From contig NW_003314293.1 of assembly GCF_000143415.4 (NCBI RefSeq), forward strand, positions 1-64,000: DNA of 64,000 bases. Reading direction: 5' to 3'. Position numbers and translations under genes: made by a program. This stretch comes from Selaginella moellendorffii (lineage: Eukaryota; Plantae; Lycopodiophyta). The notes below the pieces were generated by a model that made no database searches, was not told the origin of the DNA, and saw only the letters and a program-made list of their open reading frames with translations. Of the stretch, positions 23,086 to 36,622 are shown piece after piece (positions within the stretch are counted from its first letter, which is position 1; each line of letters begins with the position of its first letter).

Positions 23086-26000
23086 GCCTGAGAGGGTGAA
23101 AGCCCAAAGCGTTCGTCTCCCAGACACTGGGGGGTTTGGTGAGCTCCAAAAGTATAGTAGGGGGAGGACTGCAGTGGAGCCAGTTTGGCCAGGAAAGGCC
23201 AATTTGGCCCAGGAAGGCCAGACCCAGTGTTGGGTGATGAACTGACCACTGGGAAGTCCAAGACTAGAGTGAATACGGACCGACAAGCGGGGTAGCTTGG
23301 TGAAGTGTTCAAGAGCCGGCTCTAGTTCCCCCGGGAGATCGACTGGCCGATGCTCCCAATCCAAGTGTGGGTGGCACTACCTACTTGGATACCAGGCGTG
23401 GCTCAACGGAACCTCGCTCTAAGCCCATGGCTAGAGCACCCAAAGGCGATAGGTGGGGAGAGTACCCAGGTGGCTCGCGTAAGGCCACGGTGTTCCGAAA
23501 TGTCGTCTCAAAGGCCCAGATTGTGGAAAGGAAGAGGAGCAGTCCTCTGGGGTAGTGACCAAGGACACAGTCGTGTGGTGAGGAAGTCCCAGAGGACCGT
23601 GGGACTTAGTGGTCGAGCCTATGGGCCTCGATCCAGTGGCAGTGTTGGCAAACACGGCCAGGGGCAGAAAGGGACTTGGTAGGAACTGACAAAGGGACTT
23701 TGGGCAAGGCAATTCCCCAGGTCTGTGGGCATCCTAAGGATGCTAAGGAGTGGATCTAGGATGACCCCTCGTAGACAGATGGCCCAGTCTTGGAGAGATG
23801 GGATGGTGATGCAAGTGGTATTGGACCATTTGCGCAGCAAAGGTGAATGGGCATGGCCTTAGCGTAACGGGCCGAGATGTCAGTGGTACCTTTGGGTGTC
23901 GGTCATGGGATCGGACACGTGGAGCACTTGGACCAAGTGCAAAGGTTGAGTGGCATGGATGCCACTCTCAGGGCTAGCAAGCCCCAAGTCCTGAATGGGA
24001 CTTATGGAGGTTGTGAATGAGACTCCTCCAAGTGGTTGGAGGTGTGGTTAAGTGACTAAAGTAGAATGGAAAAATTAGTCGCTTACAATTTGGTATCGGA
24101 GCTGTTCCTTAGTCCAACTTTTATTGGTGCTCAAGTATATCACCACTAGTGTTGGCATCGGAAGGTCCGAGGAGTGGGCCTATCCTTGAGGAGTAGCAAG
24201 TCGGGAAGACATGGCTCTCCATTACAGTTCATGTGTGAACTTGTAGATGGGGTGGTGGATAGAAAAGGGCCAATAATGGAACAACTTTGGGATCTTGGGA
24301 ACAGTATATGGTTTTCCTCAAAAAAAAAAAGTTGAGGATGTGATCCAGATGAGTGTTTGACTTAGCAAACTGGCTAATGTAGTTGTGGTAAACAACTACA
24401 GTTGGGATCACGGGAAAGATAAAGACTCCAAAGCAATAAAGGAGTCACAAGATTTTCCTCATATAGTTGAGGTTGGTGCTCATGAATGTGAGACCAGAAG
24501 TAATGACCGTGGGAGGTCAAATACGGAAGAGGACTCAAGCCCTTGAAAAGGTAGCCGGGGCTACCTCTAATAAATGCTGGAACAACCCAAGGAGTTGGGG
24601 GTGTATTAAGTGGATGAGTTGGTATTCTCATCACATGGACAAGTAGTCCTAAGGGGCAAAGGTTGCCCCCAGAGAACAAAATCAAGTGTCGGAGTAACAC
24701 TTGTGAAAATAGTCCTTTTGAGTATGACAGGAATGCAAGAAGTGTATTCTAGTGAGCTAGTGCCTCACAAGTAGGACCTTACGGGTCTGTGGATTAACCA
24801 AGTCCAAAACTGCTGAATGACTCAAGTAGAGTCAACGGATGGTCCTAAAAGGACTGATGGAAGCATTTGGACTGAGGTGTGTTGTACCCCACAAAGGATG
24901 GGGGGGGATCATAGGATCCAAGGATGAGAACAGAGGGTATCTCATCAATGGCAGAATGTGCCATGCTAAAGTTATGGGAAAGGGGTTCCCAGAAGAAAAC
25001 AACTTTGACATAAAGTTGTGTGTGACCTCTATGGTGCAGTGCTAACGGATGGTTGGCATAAGAAAGAGCGGTGTTGGTCTTGGCAAAGACTTAGACATGA
25101 AGGGGAAATGTCATAGAGGTAGGCTTGTGGAGCCGATGGTGTGGAGACACCAAATGTGCCAAGGTGTGATACCTTGAGGCTATGTTGGTGGGTTCATGAG
25201 AACCCCTTGCCAAAGGAATCCCAATGGAAATGGGAATAGCATAGCCTAAGTTGCAGAGCATGCAGTTGGAGTGTGGTGACCCAGATAATGATGGAGGTGT
25301 GAAAGCACCAAGCAATGAGTTGTAGGACTTGACAACTATGAGGCAACTAAGCAAGAGGTGCAAAATAACTGGTTAAACGGGTAGAAGGTAGCTACCCAAG
25401 ACTTCTTAATAGCATAGGGAAGTTGGATATACCCTTACGGGGGATAAGTTACTTGTGTTGCGATATAGTAAGTCAATGTCATAAAAGGAAATACTCATTG
25501 TCAAGAAAGCCATTATTGGGACACCCGAACACTCTAGAACACCAGAAGGTGGTGTTTGATGTCGCGAGGGCAATGGATAAAGCCCAAGGGACTAAGTCCC
25601 TAGCGAATGATGGATAGAAGGTGCTATCCAAATGTCCAAGGTTGCGGAGACAGGAGAGGACTGTCTACCCGAGTTGGACAAAGCCAAAAATGGAATTTTG
25701 GCAAGGCTAGTGATGGGCATGTAAAAGCCCATAAGCAACCATGTAATCCCAGTGTGTGGGATTATAAGGTGAGTATGCCCGGATTGAGGAACCACTCCCT
25801 AGGCTATTGGGTAGGTTCATCCCTAAGAATACTTGCTAAAGCAAGATAGAAAGTGCAAAGCTATCCTCCGGGTCTGGAGGAGAATGACCAAAGGAAAGGT
25901 GTGAAGCCAAAAAGCAAGAAGTAAGGGGATAGAACCGAACCGTAGGAATCAAAGGGCATAACCAAGGTTGGTTATGCCAGCTGGGAGTGGAGAATCAAGT

Positions 26001-26215
26001 GGGGGGCTCGAGGGTGTTGCCGCTAGCAACCGTGATGCCATGGAAAGTCTAAAATATGGAATTGTCCATGTTAGATTATGTGGCATTTGAAAGGCTTGCA
26101 AAAAGGGAGGCCTTAGCAAGCTGAGGGACAGAGTTCCTTCAAGGTTCCCAAAGACGATTCTAGGTAGCTTAGTACCTAGAAAGGCCAAGTGTAAATGGTT
26201 CATGGAACGCGCGAA

Positions 26216-26242
26216 ATCAGAGTGGCGCAGCAGAAGCGTGGT
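26216..26242 (+). other. Fragment of initiator tRNA-Met 5' end
   Basis: ATCAGAGTGGCGCAGCAGAAGCGTGGT matches plant tRNA-iMet nt 1-27 (ATCAGAGTGGCGCAGCGGAAGCGTGGT) at 26/27, from recalled sequence. Confidence 0.75.
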
Positions 26243-28423
26243 CTTGAAGCTTGCCATGAGGCAAGGCTATCAAGGTTAGGGAAGTAGTTCCCGAGTGTTC
26301 AAAGAGAGGGCTTTGAACGAAAGTCGATGGTCAAGGACTTTCACGCTTATGCAGGAACCATGTTACAATGGTCGGAGGACTTGCCAAGCGAGATTGGCAC
26401 GTCGGGGGAACAAATACCCTAGTTGAAGGTGATAACTTCAAAAAGGGTGGGCCATGGGGCCGAGCATGGAGGAGTCCATGCATGATCACAGACATGTCAA
26501 GTGAGAGGACTTGGCAGTGTGGAGGAACTAGGTTCCTAAGCTGTGATCTATAGCGCGCTTTAAAAATAAGTTGGTGCACCGGCGTGGGGAGTCACGCCAG
26601 GCATCTTGTGTGATGCCGTCCGTAGATGCATATACGGAGGTTGGGTTCGAGTCCCGACCCTCTAGTGCTTGGGTTCGAGTCCCAAATCACTAGGGCGTGG
26701 TGATGGTTTGGAATATGAGGACACTCATATTTCGGTGGTCATAGACTCTCAATGGGGAGACTGGTTTGGGCACACCGCCAAGCAAGGGATGCCTCGGAGT
26801 CGTGATGCACGGTTAGATTGCTTAGTGTGAAAGCTCAGCATATCTAACTTGAACGTTTTGGTGCAAGTGGCACCAAGGTCGTGGTGAGTGAGATGGGGAC
26901 ACCTAATCTCAGTTGCTATGAACCCTTGGCCGTAAGGGCTGGCTTGGGTGCACCGCCAAGTGTGGGGGATGCCCCCGGGGTTATAGTCAACAATTTGGAG
27001 GGCTAGAAGACCAAGTACCTCTTGGCAACTCTGTTAAGGTGCCAAGGTGAGATCACTAGGTGATCTTATGGCCAGATAAGGACAAGGTCCTTGGTTGGCT
27101 AAGGAATGAAGTTCCTGGTTCAAAATGTTGAAATTGAACTGTTTAAGGTGGTGTGGCTTGGTCGTGATGACCAAGTGGGAAGAGCACCTAAGGGAAATAT
27201 ACTATGTCCGTGAGATGGCATAGTGAGTCTGAGGAAAGTAGTCTTTATAAAAGACCCATGGGAGGGTCACGAAGTTGGGCCGTGGATAGAGCCCATAGCA
27301 GAAGATGCTAAAGAGACGTACTAGGGGTGAACATCCTCCGGACTTGGCAAAGAAGAGTCTTTGCTATGGAACCGAAATAATACCTCAAGGAGGGAGGTAG
27401 AGATTCGATGTTGCTTGGTGCAACAATCAACGGATAGGAGCAAAAGATGAGTGGCCAAGATAGGGCTGTGGAATCCCTTGGGGGGAATCCAAGTGACAAA
27501 GTTAGGCGAGGAACACTAATGTGTTGGACGCTAACAAGTTGCGGGAAAGGAAGTGTGTTTCCAAGGAGGGATTCCGAAATGCTCCGGTTTGGCGAAAGTG
27601 GAAGCTCCAAAGGAGGGAGCGGTAAGGTAGCCAAATGATAGGGCCATGAACAGCCCTAGCACAAAGTATGATAACTGGAACTTTGGCACGAAATAGAAGA
27701 GAGGATGATGGTGCCCTCGAGTAAAGAACTTCCTAGGATGGGAAGTGGAGTTGCACAAAAGGTGCAAGGCAAGGTGTCGGAGACACCTAGGAAATTGACT
27801 CCAAGAAGTCAAAATTCAAAGTTCCAAAGTGCAAAGGTTATATCGATGGAAATTGAGACTACTCGAGAAGGAGTAGTGGGATTGACTTAGAGAAGGGTCT
27901 CTAAGAGGTTTAGCGAGAACTAAACCAATAAAAGGAGAGAACCACTATATGTGGTCCAATCAGTCTCTAAGTTGGAGAGACTACCCTTCTTAGAGGATAT
28001 GCAAAAGGCATGGTGAGCCTTCAATGTCCAACCATTGACGAATATGGAGAAGGCATGGTGAGCCTTCAATGTCACACCATTGACAAATATTGGCTACTCG
28101 CTAAGGATGGAAATGGTAACACATGCGGGTGTTACTTTATAAAATGGTTCACCGTTCGATGAGGACATCGAACTTCGTCTATGGGTGGTGGAGTTGTGAG
28201 ACACAAAATCCCTAGGCCCCAAAGTGGAGCCGGAAGGGCGCCACATGGTAGTGGTCGAAGCGAGAGCCAAACGAGCGTAACACGTTTGGACCAAAAGCTC
28301 CGACTTGAAAAGTCAAGAGCGGGAGTGGAACTCCCAACGAAGTGCTCGAGGAACGAGCACGAAGCGAGCAAAAGGCGAGGCTCCAAAAAGGGACCCAAAA
28401 GGACCAACACATGACACGTGGGA

Positions 28424-28806
28424 GTGTCCGAGATGGAGTCCGAAGTGGAGTCCGAGGTGGACCCGAGTTGGAGTCCGAAGTGGAGTCCGAGATGGACCCG
28501 AGATGGACCCGAAATGGAGTCCGAAATGGAGTCCGAGATGGACCCGAGATGGACCCGAGATGGAGTCCGAGATAGAGTCCGAGATGGAGTCCGAGATGAA
28601 CCCGAGATGGAGTCCGAGATGGACCCGAGATGGACCCAAAATGGAGTCCGAGATGGAGTCCGAGATGGACCCGAAATGGAGTCCGAGATGGAGTCCGAGA
28701 TGGACCCGAGATGGAGTCCGAGATGGAGTCCGAGATGGACCCGAGATGGACCCGAGATGGAGTCCGAGATGGAGTCCGAGATGGAGTCCGAGATGGAGTC
28801 CGAAGT

Positions 28807-28853
<47 letters not shown>

Positions 28854-28960
28854 TCGGGACCGAGACCGAAACCGAGGCCGAGGCCGAGACTGAGCCCGAG
28901 CCCGAGTCCGAGTCCGAATTCAAATCCGAGTCCGAGTCCGAGTCCGAGTCCGAGTCCGGA
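28424..28960 (+). repeat. Same minisatellite in the second LTR (24 bp shorter)
   Basis: Directly visible; LTR lengths are 1792 vs 1768 bp. Confidence 0.95.
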
Positions 28961-30689
28961 GCCTGAGAGGGTGAAAGCCCAAAGCGTTCGTCTCCCAGAC
29001 ACTGGGGGGTTTGGTGAGCTCCAAAAGTATAGTAGGGGGAGGACTGCAGTGGAGCCAGTTTGGCCAGGAAAGGCCAATTTGGCCCAGGAAGGCCAGACCC
29101 AGTGTTGGGTGATGAACTGACCACTGGGAAGTCCAAGACTAGAGTGAATACGGACCGACAAGCGGGGTAGCTTGGTGAAGTGTTCAAGAGCCGGCTCTAG
29201 TTCCCCCGGGAGATCGACTGGCCGATGCTCCCAGTCCAAGTGTGGGTGGCACTACCTACTTGGATACCAGGCGTGGCTCAACGGAACCTCGCTCTAAGCC
29301 CATGGCTAGAGCACCCAAAGGCGATAGGTGGGGAGAGTACCCAGGTGGCTCGCGTAAGGCCACGGTGTTCCGAAATGTCGTCCCAAAGGCCCAGATTGTG
29401 GAAAGGAAGAGGAGCAGTCCTCTGGGGTAGTGACCAAGGACACAGTCGTGTGGTGAGGAAGTCCCAGAGGACCGTGGGACTTAGTGGTCGAGCCTATGGG
29501 CCTCGATCCAGTGGCAGTGTTGGCAAACACGGCCAGGGGCAGAAAGGGACTTGGTAGGAATTGACAAAGGGACTTTGGGGAAGGCGATTCCCCAGGTCTG
29601 TGGGCATCCTAAGGATGCTAAGGAGTGGATCTAGGATGACCCCTCGTAGACAGATGGCCCAGTCTTGGAGAGATGGGATGGTGATGCAAGTGGTATTGGA
29701 CCATTTGCGCAGCAAAGGTGAATGGGCATGGCCTTAGCGTAACGGGCCGAGATGTCAGTGGTACCTTTGGGTGTCGGTCATGGGATCGGACACGTGGAGC
29801 ACTTGGACCAAGTGCAAAGGTTGAGTGGCATGGATGCCACTCTCAGGGCTAGCAAGCCCCAAGTCCTGAATGGGACTTATGGAGGTTGTGAATGAGACTC
29901 CTCCAAGTGGTCGAAGGTGTGGTTAAGTGACTAAAGTAGAATGGAAAAATTAGTCGCTTACACTACAGCCCCCTTGGGAGACACACGCTTTGGGTTTTCA
30001 CCCCTCAACCTGTATTAGTACTCAGACTTGGTCTTGGACTTGATCTCGGACTCAAGCTCGAACCCGACCTCCGACTCGGTCTCGGACTCAATATCAGACC
30101 TGACCTCAAACCTGATCTTGGACTCGGTCTCGGACTTGATCTCGGACCTGATCTCTTGGACTCGATCTTAGACTTGGTCCTATCCGATGAACTCTTTATC
30201 ATTCCAGTTGTGCTTTGGGGGATCCTTTAACTTACGACACCTCAAGGAGTTGGTTCCTTACAACTTCACCACCCATAAAAGAAGTTCGATGCCCACATCA
30301 AATGTCTCTTTTTTAATCCTACGACTTGTTGACCATGTCTCTGGAGGCATCCCCCCACTTAGCGGTGTGCCTAAATTAGCCTCTCCAGCCAAGAGCCCAC
30401 GACAATGGAATATAAGTGTCCCTATACCCCTCACGTCACCACGCCCTAGTATGGGGTTGGGACTTGAACCTAGCCTTGCTTCACTAGGGGGTTAGGACTT
30501 GAACCTAACCTCTGTAGAATACGTCTACGGATTTGATATCCCCGCAAGGAATCGGGTGTAGCTCCCTACACCTAGTCGACCTAGCAAACCCATGCTAATT
30601 AGTTTACCTTTGGCATGCCTTTGGGTCCCAACATATGCCATTGCTCAACTTCACAAATTGATACTTTTAATTGAATTTTGCATAAGTAC

Positions 30690-33600
30690 ATAGAGTTCTG
30701 CTTTGTAAAAATTCCTCCACTAGATCTCACAGGTTCACTAGGTTCTCCTCCGGTTCCCATGTTGCTTTATAGTGTGGAAATCTTTTCCACTTCACATAGA
30801 ACTCCCTCACCTCATGTCCTTGTCACTTACTCTTGCGCGGATTGAGGATGGCCTCAACTTTGTATTCCTCTTCCCTTTGGATAACTTCAGGTAAAGGTCT
30901 CACTTGGTCCTTGCAAAGCGGATCCTCAAAGTACGGCTTGAGTAAGGTCACATGGAACACTAGGTGCATCTTCCCCATCTCTCAAGGAAGTCAGAAGCAA
31001 TATGCCACTTTATCAATTCGTGCCTCAATCTCATAAGATCCCGCAAACCTGCTTAAGGAACTCAAGAATAGTTCATTTCCAAGAATACATGCATTTTTAC
31101 CTTTGGGTCAACTTCTAGCTAATCCCACTTGGTAACCTTAGGTTCTTGGTATTCAACCACACCTTCTCCCCAGGTTGGAACTCTACATCCCGGTGCTTCT
31201 GGTTCATATACTTGGTTTGCCTTTGTTGAGCTCATTCCAAGGAATCCCTCACTAGATTCCAAATGTTGAGTCTTTTCACCGTGAATGTCTCCACCACAGA
31301 TAACTCTCCATGATACTCGGCCACGCTAAGTTCCACAAGACCTTCAATGGCTCACCCACTGATGACTTCCCATAGACTCACCCCAATACCAAACTTGATT
31401 TAATACCCAATACCTATCTGTGGGTGATAGGTTGTACTGAATTTCCACTTAATGCAATACTGTTCTAGGAGAATTCTCCAGAACCTACTAGTGAAGATCT
31501 TATTTCGATTTGATAAAATCTCTTTTGGTCTTCCCCGCACTCGAACCACTTGCTTGAAGAAAAATTTCACCACACCTTCTACATTCACTTCCGTTGTGGT
31601 GGGTATGAAATGTGCCATCTTTGAAAATTGGTCCACCACCACAAATATCGCATCAAACCCCTCACTTGGGGGAAGTCCTGTGATGAAGTCCATCGTAAGA
31701 CATTTCCATGGACGATCTAAAATTGGGATGCTTTGTAACAAACCCCCACTAGCCTTAGTCATGACTTTGACCTGCTGATATGTTGGACATGTCTTTACAT
31801 AATTTTGGCCATATCTGGCTAGTGATACTTCCTCTTAAGTAAGCCCATCATCTTGGGCACTCCGCTGTATCCCACAAAAGGTTCGTCATGACACTCTTCT
31901 AAGGCTACCTTCCTTAGTTCCCCTTCTGGAACGTACATCCTTGTTTGTTTATAATAGATGAGTCTATTGCATTTCGCATAATCTATTTTCTCTTCTGTTG
32001 GCAACTCACCTTTCTAGTGAGCTTCTTGTGTCTCTTGATTCCTCAGCAACACTTCTTGTGCTAGACCATCATTCTTATATGTTGTTTGCACATCATCCCA
32101 AAATATTGCTGTTGTGCTAGATGTTGCCAATTTCAAGCTTGCCTTTCGACTTAGAGCATCAGAGCATCAACATCAGAGCATGATGTTGCTCTTCCCAGGT
32201 TTATATAGAATCTTACAATCAAATTCGGCCAAAGCATTGGCCCACCGACCTTGTTTCCCTCTTAGATCAGGCTACAATAAGAAGTGTTTCATTGCCATAT
32301 TATCCGTGGAAACTTTGAAGTGACTCCTAAGGTAGTGTCACCACTCCTTGAGCACCTTGACCACCGCAAATAATTCCTTTTTGTGGGTAAGCCACTTTCT
32401 TTGAGCCTTGTCTAACTTCTTTGAGAAGAATGCCACTGGGTGGTTGTTTTGTTTCAAAACTGCACCTAACACAAAGTCTGAAGCATCCGTTTCTACCTCA
32501 AAGTCCTTACCAAAGTCTGGTAATACCAACACGGGAGTCTTCCTCAACTTCCTTTTAAGGTGGATAAATGTAACATCGCATTCCGCTATTCATACCATCT
32601 TCCCGTTACCCATTTGGTTTGATAAAGGCAAGGTTACTCTTAAATAGTGTTTGATAAACTTTTGGTAGTAGTTGTATAGCCCCAAAAACGCCCTCAACTC
32701 ATATACATTTGATAGTCGCTCCCATTTCTGGATCGCTTGAACCTTCTTAGGATCCACTTTGAGCCCGTCCTTGCCCACCACATGCCCGAGAAATTTTATC
32801 TTTTGTTGAGCAAAGTCACATTTGCTCTCTTCAGCATACAACTTGTGTTCCCTTAGTTTCTCAAACACATTTGTCAAGTGTTCAATATGCTCCTTTAGCG
32901 TTTCGCTATAGATCAAGATGTCATCAATATAAATGACCACAAATTGATCCAATTAAGGTATAAAGATGTGGTTGATCAATGCCGAAAACGTTGCCGGCAC
33001 ATTGCACAGCCCAAAGGGCATCACCAGAAACTCAAAGCTCCTATACCTTGTCCAACAAACTGTCTTCTCAACATCTTCCTCTGCTACATTGATTTGGTAG
33101 TATCCTGACCTTAAGTCAATCCTCAAGAAGTATTTTGCCTTTCCCAACTTATCGAATAGGCTTCAATCCTTGGCAAAGGGTACTTGTTCTTCTTTGTTTA
33201 CTTGTTGAACAACTGATAATCTATGCACATGCGTATAGATCCATCTTTCTTTTTCACAAATAATACTGGTGTCCCATACGGCGACTTGTTCAACCTAATA
33301 TACACTTTGTCCACCAACTCTTTTAGTTGGCGCTTGAGCTCCTCGAGTTTCTTTTTGTTCAAACGATAGGGTGGATGAACCATCGCCTTAGCACCCTCGA
33401 CCAGTTAAATCTTATGTTCTATCGATCGTGCAAGGGGCATACGCCGGTAACTCCTCCAGCATGGTATCTTCAAATTGGTCCAACACTCGCTAGATCACTA
33501 AAGGTATTTCTTTCGTTCCTGTCTTTTTGTCATTCTTCACCGAGAGTAAGCATAAAAATGCTACCTTGGTTCCTTTAGTGAGTTGTCCTCTTATGGACAT

Positions 33601-35261
33601 TAAGTTTAAGCAGGAGTCCTTGGCCTTACATTACCCTACGTTTAGATCCTGGGCCTCCAACCTGGATTGTTCTCCCCGGGCATTCGCTAGTACTACAAAG
33701 TTCCTACCTTGTTCATGCAGAGCTACTACGAACCAATTGAACCAATCCATCTTGAAGATTACGTTAAATCTCACTATGTCCAACACGGTGAAATCCATGT
33801 TTACTTTCCATGTCCCTACTTCGACTCTTGCTTGTCGAAGTACCTCATCGGTGCTTTGGCCACCTTGAACAAACTCCCTAGTCCTTGGTTCACCCAGCTA
33901 TTGCACCGTTAGTCCAGCTTGCTGGACTATGTCTGCAGCCACAAAATTATCTGAAGCACCTGTGTCAATAAGGATTTTAACAAAACTACTTCTGAGCTTC
34001 CTTTGGAGGGCTATTAGATGTCGCGAACAACTCTCTACCAAAGTTGCTTGTGTAATGAGTAACTTTGAGCTAGGGACTTGATCATGTACCTTAGTTTAGA
34101 TTTTACCCGACTTAATAGCTATATTGGCTTTGGCCTTCTTCAAGTAGGGACATTCCCTTGAAAAGTGTCCCACTTCACCGTAATTGAAGCATATGTTATT
34201 TCCCATGCTACTAGCTAACTTGACTTTCTTATCTGTGGGTTTGTCTCTTTTCACTTGACTCCCCTACGTACTTACTCACTGGCCACCAAATCTTCCTTTT
34301 CAAAACCCCAAGGACTCATTCTTAAAGAAACTCTTCATAAATTTCCTTTTTCCATATGTTTTCATTTGTTTGACCCCTTTACTAAATGTGGACCCCAACC
34401 CCATCGTGTTCCCCTTTCGCATGTTATCATTGAAATGCACCTTAATAGCTGCATCTAACGCTTCCTTATAGTTAGTCGGGTTTCAATGGATCACTTCACC
34501 ACGAGCCTAGATTTGCAAGCCTGATATGAAGGCATGGAATGCATCCATATCACCCATATCCATGACAAATATCCTCTTTGCTATAAACCCATTCACATAC
34601 TCTTGAATGATTCTGGTCTGCTTCAGCCTACTCAACTCATCCTTTAGGTGCAGAGTAGCATTTAGAAGAATGTAGGTCGAATCCTCACCTTCATCATTTC
34701 CCAAGTGGCCATTAGTCCTTCATTGGCTTCTGTCATTCTCTACCAAGACTTGGCATTATCTGCCAAGTATGGTTTTGCACATGAGACCTTCTCCAAGCTC
34801 AATAACCGCAATGCTCGGAAGTAATCCTCCATATCATAAAACTAATCCTCCACTACTTTATAGTTATTCACTCTCTTGAAGACCGGTGGGGGCTTTGGTT
34901 TGTACTTGGGAATTGCTTGAGGGATTGATTCCACTTCATTTTGTTCGACCTTGTTTGGTTCTGCCTCAGTCCCTGCCGAAGGGTCTGCACCTTCTGCACT
35001 GTTAGGATTTGTAGTCTTTTCCTTTTTCTTCCATTTCTCGTTACAATTTAGCTTACATACAAAAGTCTCTAACAGGGTATTGGTTTGTGCCAATTGTTCT
35101 TCTAGAACGTCCAATCGAACCTTGGACGACTAAACCTCACCACCAGACTCCTATTTGAAAGTTTCCTCACTGGAGTCCTTCTCATGTAAGGATTCCTCAT
35201 CCATAGCCTCTTGTTCAACTAGAGGCTCCGCCTTGGTTGGTTTACGCCTTACCTTTGCCAT
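30690..35261 (-). pseudogene. Decayed gag-pol (Gag, CCHC, PR, RT, RNase H, IN, chromodomain)
   Basis: Fragments [59 protein letters not shown] and chromo EYKVEAIL...FYVKWK..P...ATWEPEENL, with many stops and frameshifts. Confidence 0.9.
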
Positions 35262-35957
35262 CTCCAAGCAATCTGCCTCTATCCTTCACTAAAATTGAAG
35301 AAAAAGCTTTAATACCAAATTGTAAGTCATAAATTTTTCCTTTCTAATTTGTCAGCTTACCTCATCTATCTGACTAACACTTCCTTGGACTTAGCTAAAT
35401 TCCCTTGCTAAGGTTCTTGCCTATGGTACTAGCTCGTACTTAGTTTCAACTACTCACTACACGAGCAACAAAGTGTTACCCATCCATCCACAAATTCCCA
35501 ATCTCTCCCAATACCCTTCCCCGGGTTAGATTGGACTTAAGGTTTGGCTACTAAGCACACCAAGCCTCAAGATTCCTAGCATCCCTTGGTACCACAAGAC
35601 TTGATCATAAGACCCTCTAAATCCCAAGCCTTGAGTGCAACACTTGCAAAAGGACGCGGCGGGGGGGGGGGGGCAAACCATGGCCTAACAGCCCGGTATA
35701 GGTACCCCTACTCCCCCACCAGCACCACCCAAGTCCATGCTCACTCCCACCCAAGGCCCCTTAGCCCTAATCTCAACTTCAAGTCAGTTTGGAAGCACCA
35801 CTGGAAAGTTCTTTCAAGACTAATTCCTAGACCTCACTATCCCTACTATACTTTTGAAATCCCTTGTAGCAACCTTGGGAGACACACACTTTGGGCTTTC
35901 ACCCCTCGACCTGTATTAGTATTTAGACTCGGTCTCGAACTCAATCTTAGACTCAAT

Positions 35958-36151
35958 TGTAAACTCTTGAGTTTAGACTTCCTGGGAGGTCACCCAACGC
36001 AGTACTATTTAAACCCAAGGACAATTAACCCCAAATATCCCATGACCCTTAACCAATTAAAAAAGGGGGTGCACTTTTGTTTATGGGCTCTTTCTCTTTA
36101 TATTTAAACCCCATGGATTGTCTCTTGAGTTATTCCCTTTAGTTGCTTACA
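35958..36151 (-). mobile_element. Cassandra-like solo LTR carrying a 5S rRNA internal-promoter segment
   Basis: 194-bp TG...CA unit with flanks TCAAT / TCGAT. The minus strand reads GTTAATTGTCCTTGGGTTTAAATAGTACTGCGTTGGGTGACCTCCCAGGAAGTC, resembling plant 5S GTTAAGCGTGCTTGGGCGAGAGTAGTACTAGGATGGGTGACCTCCTGGGAAGTC. Confidence 0.8.
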
Positions 36152-36622
36152 TCGATCTCAGACCCAACTTCGGACTCAGTCTCGGACTCGATCTCAGACC
36201 CGACATCAGACCTGATCTCAGACTCGACCTCGGACTTGACCTCGGACTCGGTCTTGGACCCGATCTCGGATCTCAGACTTTGTCTCGAACTCAGTCTCGA
36301 ACTCAGTTTTGAACTCAGTCTCGGAGTCGGCCTCGGACTCGATCCCAGACTCTATCTCGAACTAGGTCTTAGAGTTAGTCTTGGACTCGATCTCAGACTC
36401 GGTCCCATCCGATGAACTCTTTATCATTCCGATCATGCTTTCGGGGATTCTTTAGCTTACGACACCTCGAGGAGTTGATTCTTTACAATTGGTAGAATGG
36501 CTTACTCGGTCCTTCAAATGGATAATCATAAAGTATGTGAACTATTAACATTCAGATTGAGATGGTTATTTGCTATTTGGTATGTATATATCATATAGGT
36601 ATAAAGTTCTATAATATTCTTT

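Larger units (their letters stand above)
22296..29962 (+). mobile_element. Young non-autonomous LTR element (LARD-like) nested in the 3' LTR of the old chromovirus
   Basis: Near-identical LTRs at 22296-24087 and 28195-29962. TSD CTACA (22291-22295 / 29963-29967), PBS TGGTATCGGAGC 24091-24102, PPT 28181-28194. The 4.1-kb interior has no recognisable gag/pol ORF. Confidence 0.93.
21570..36487 (-). mobile_element. Old, degenerate tRNA-iMet-primed chromovirus (possibly Galadriel-like)
   Basis: 5' LTR 35321-36487; 3' LTR 21570-22295 plus 29968-30262, split by a nested element. PBS TGGTATTAAAGC (35317-35306) and PPT next to 30263. Flanks CTTGG / ATTGG (4/5 TSD). Confidence 0.85.

Noticed and set aside
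22254-23364. Long Ser/Asp-, Gly/Leu-, Pro/Arg- and Glu-rich ORFs in several frames (also at 28132-29239)
   Set aside because: They are by-products of the stop-free LTR minisatellite, with no sign of a real protein.
35976-36030. Functional 5S rRNA gene
   Set aside because: Only the internal ~55 nt is 5S-like and it lies within an LTR. The tRNA-like pieces at 26216 and ~38584 are likewise not complete tRNAs.
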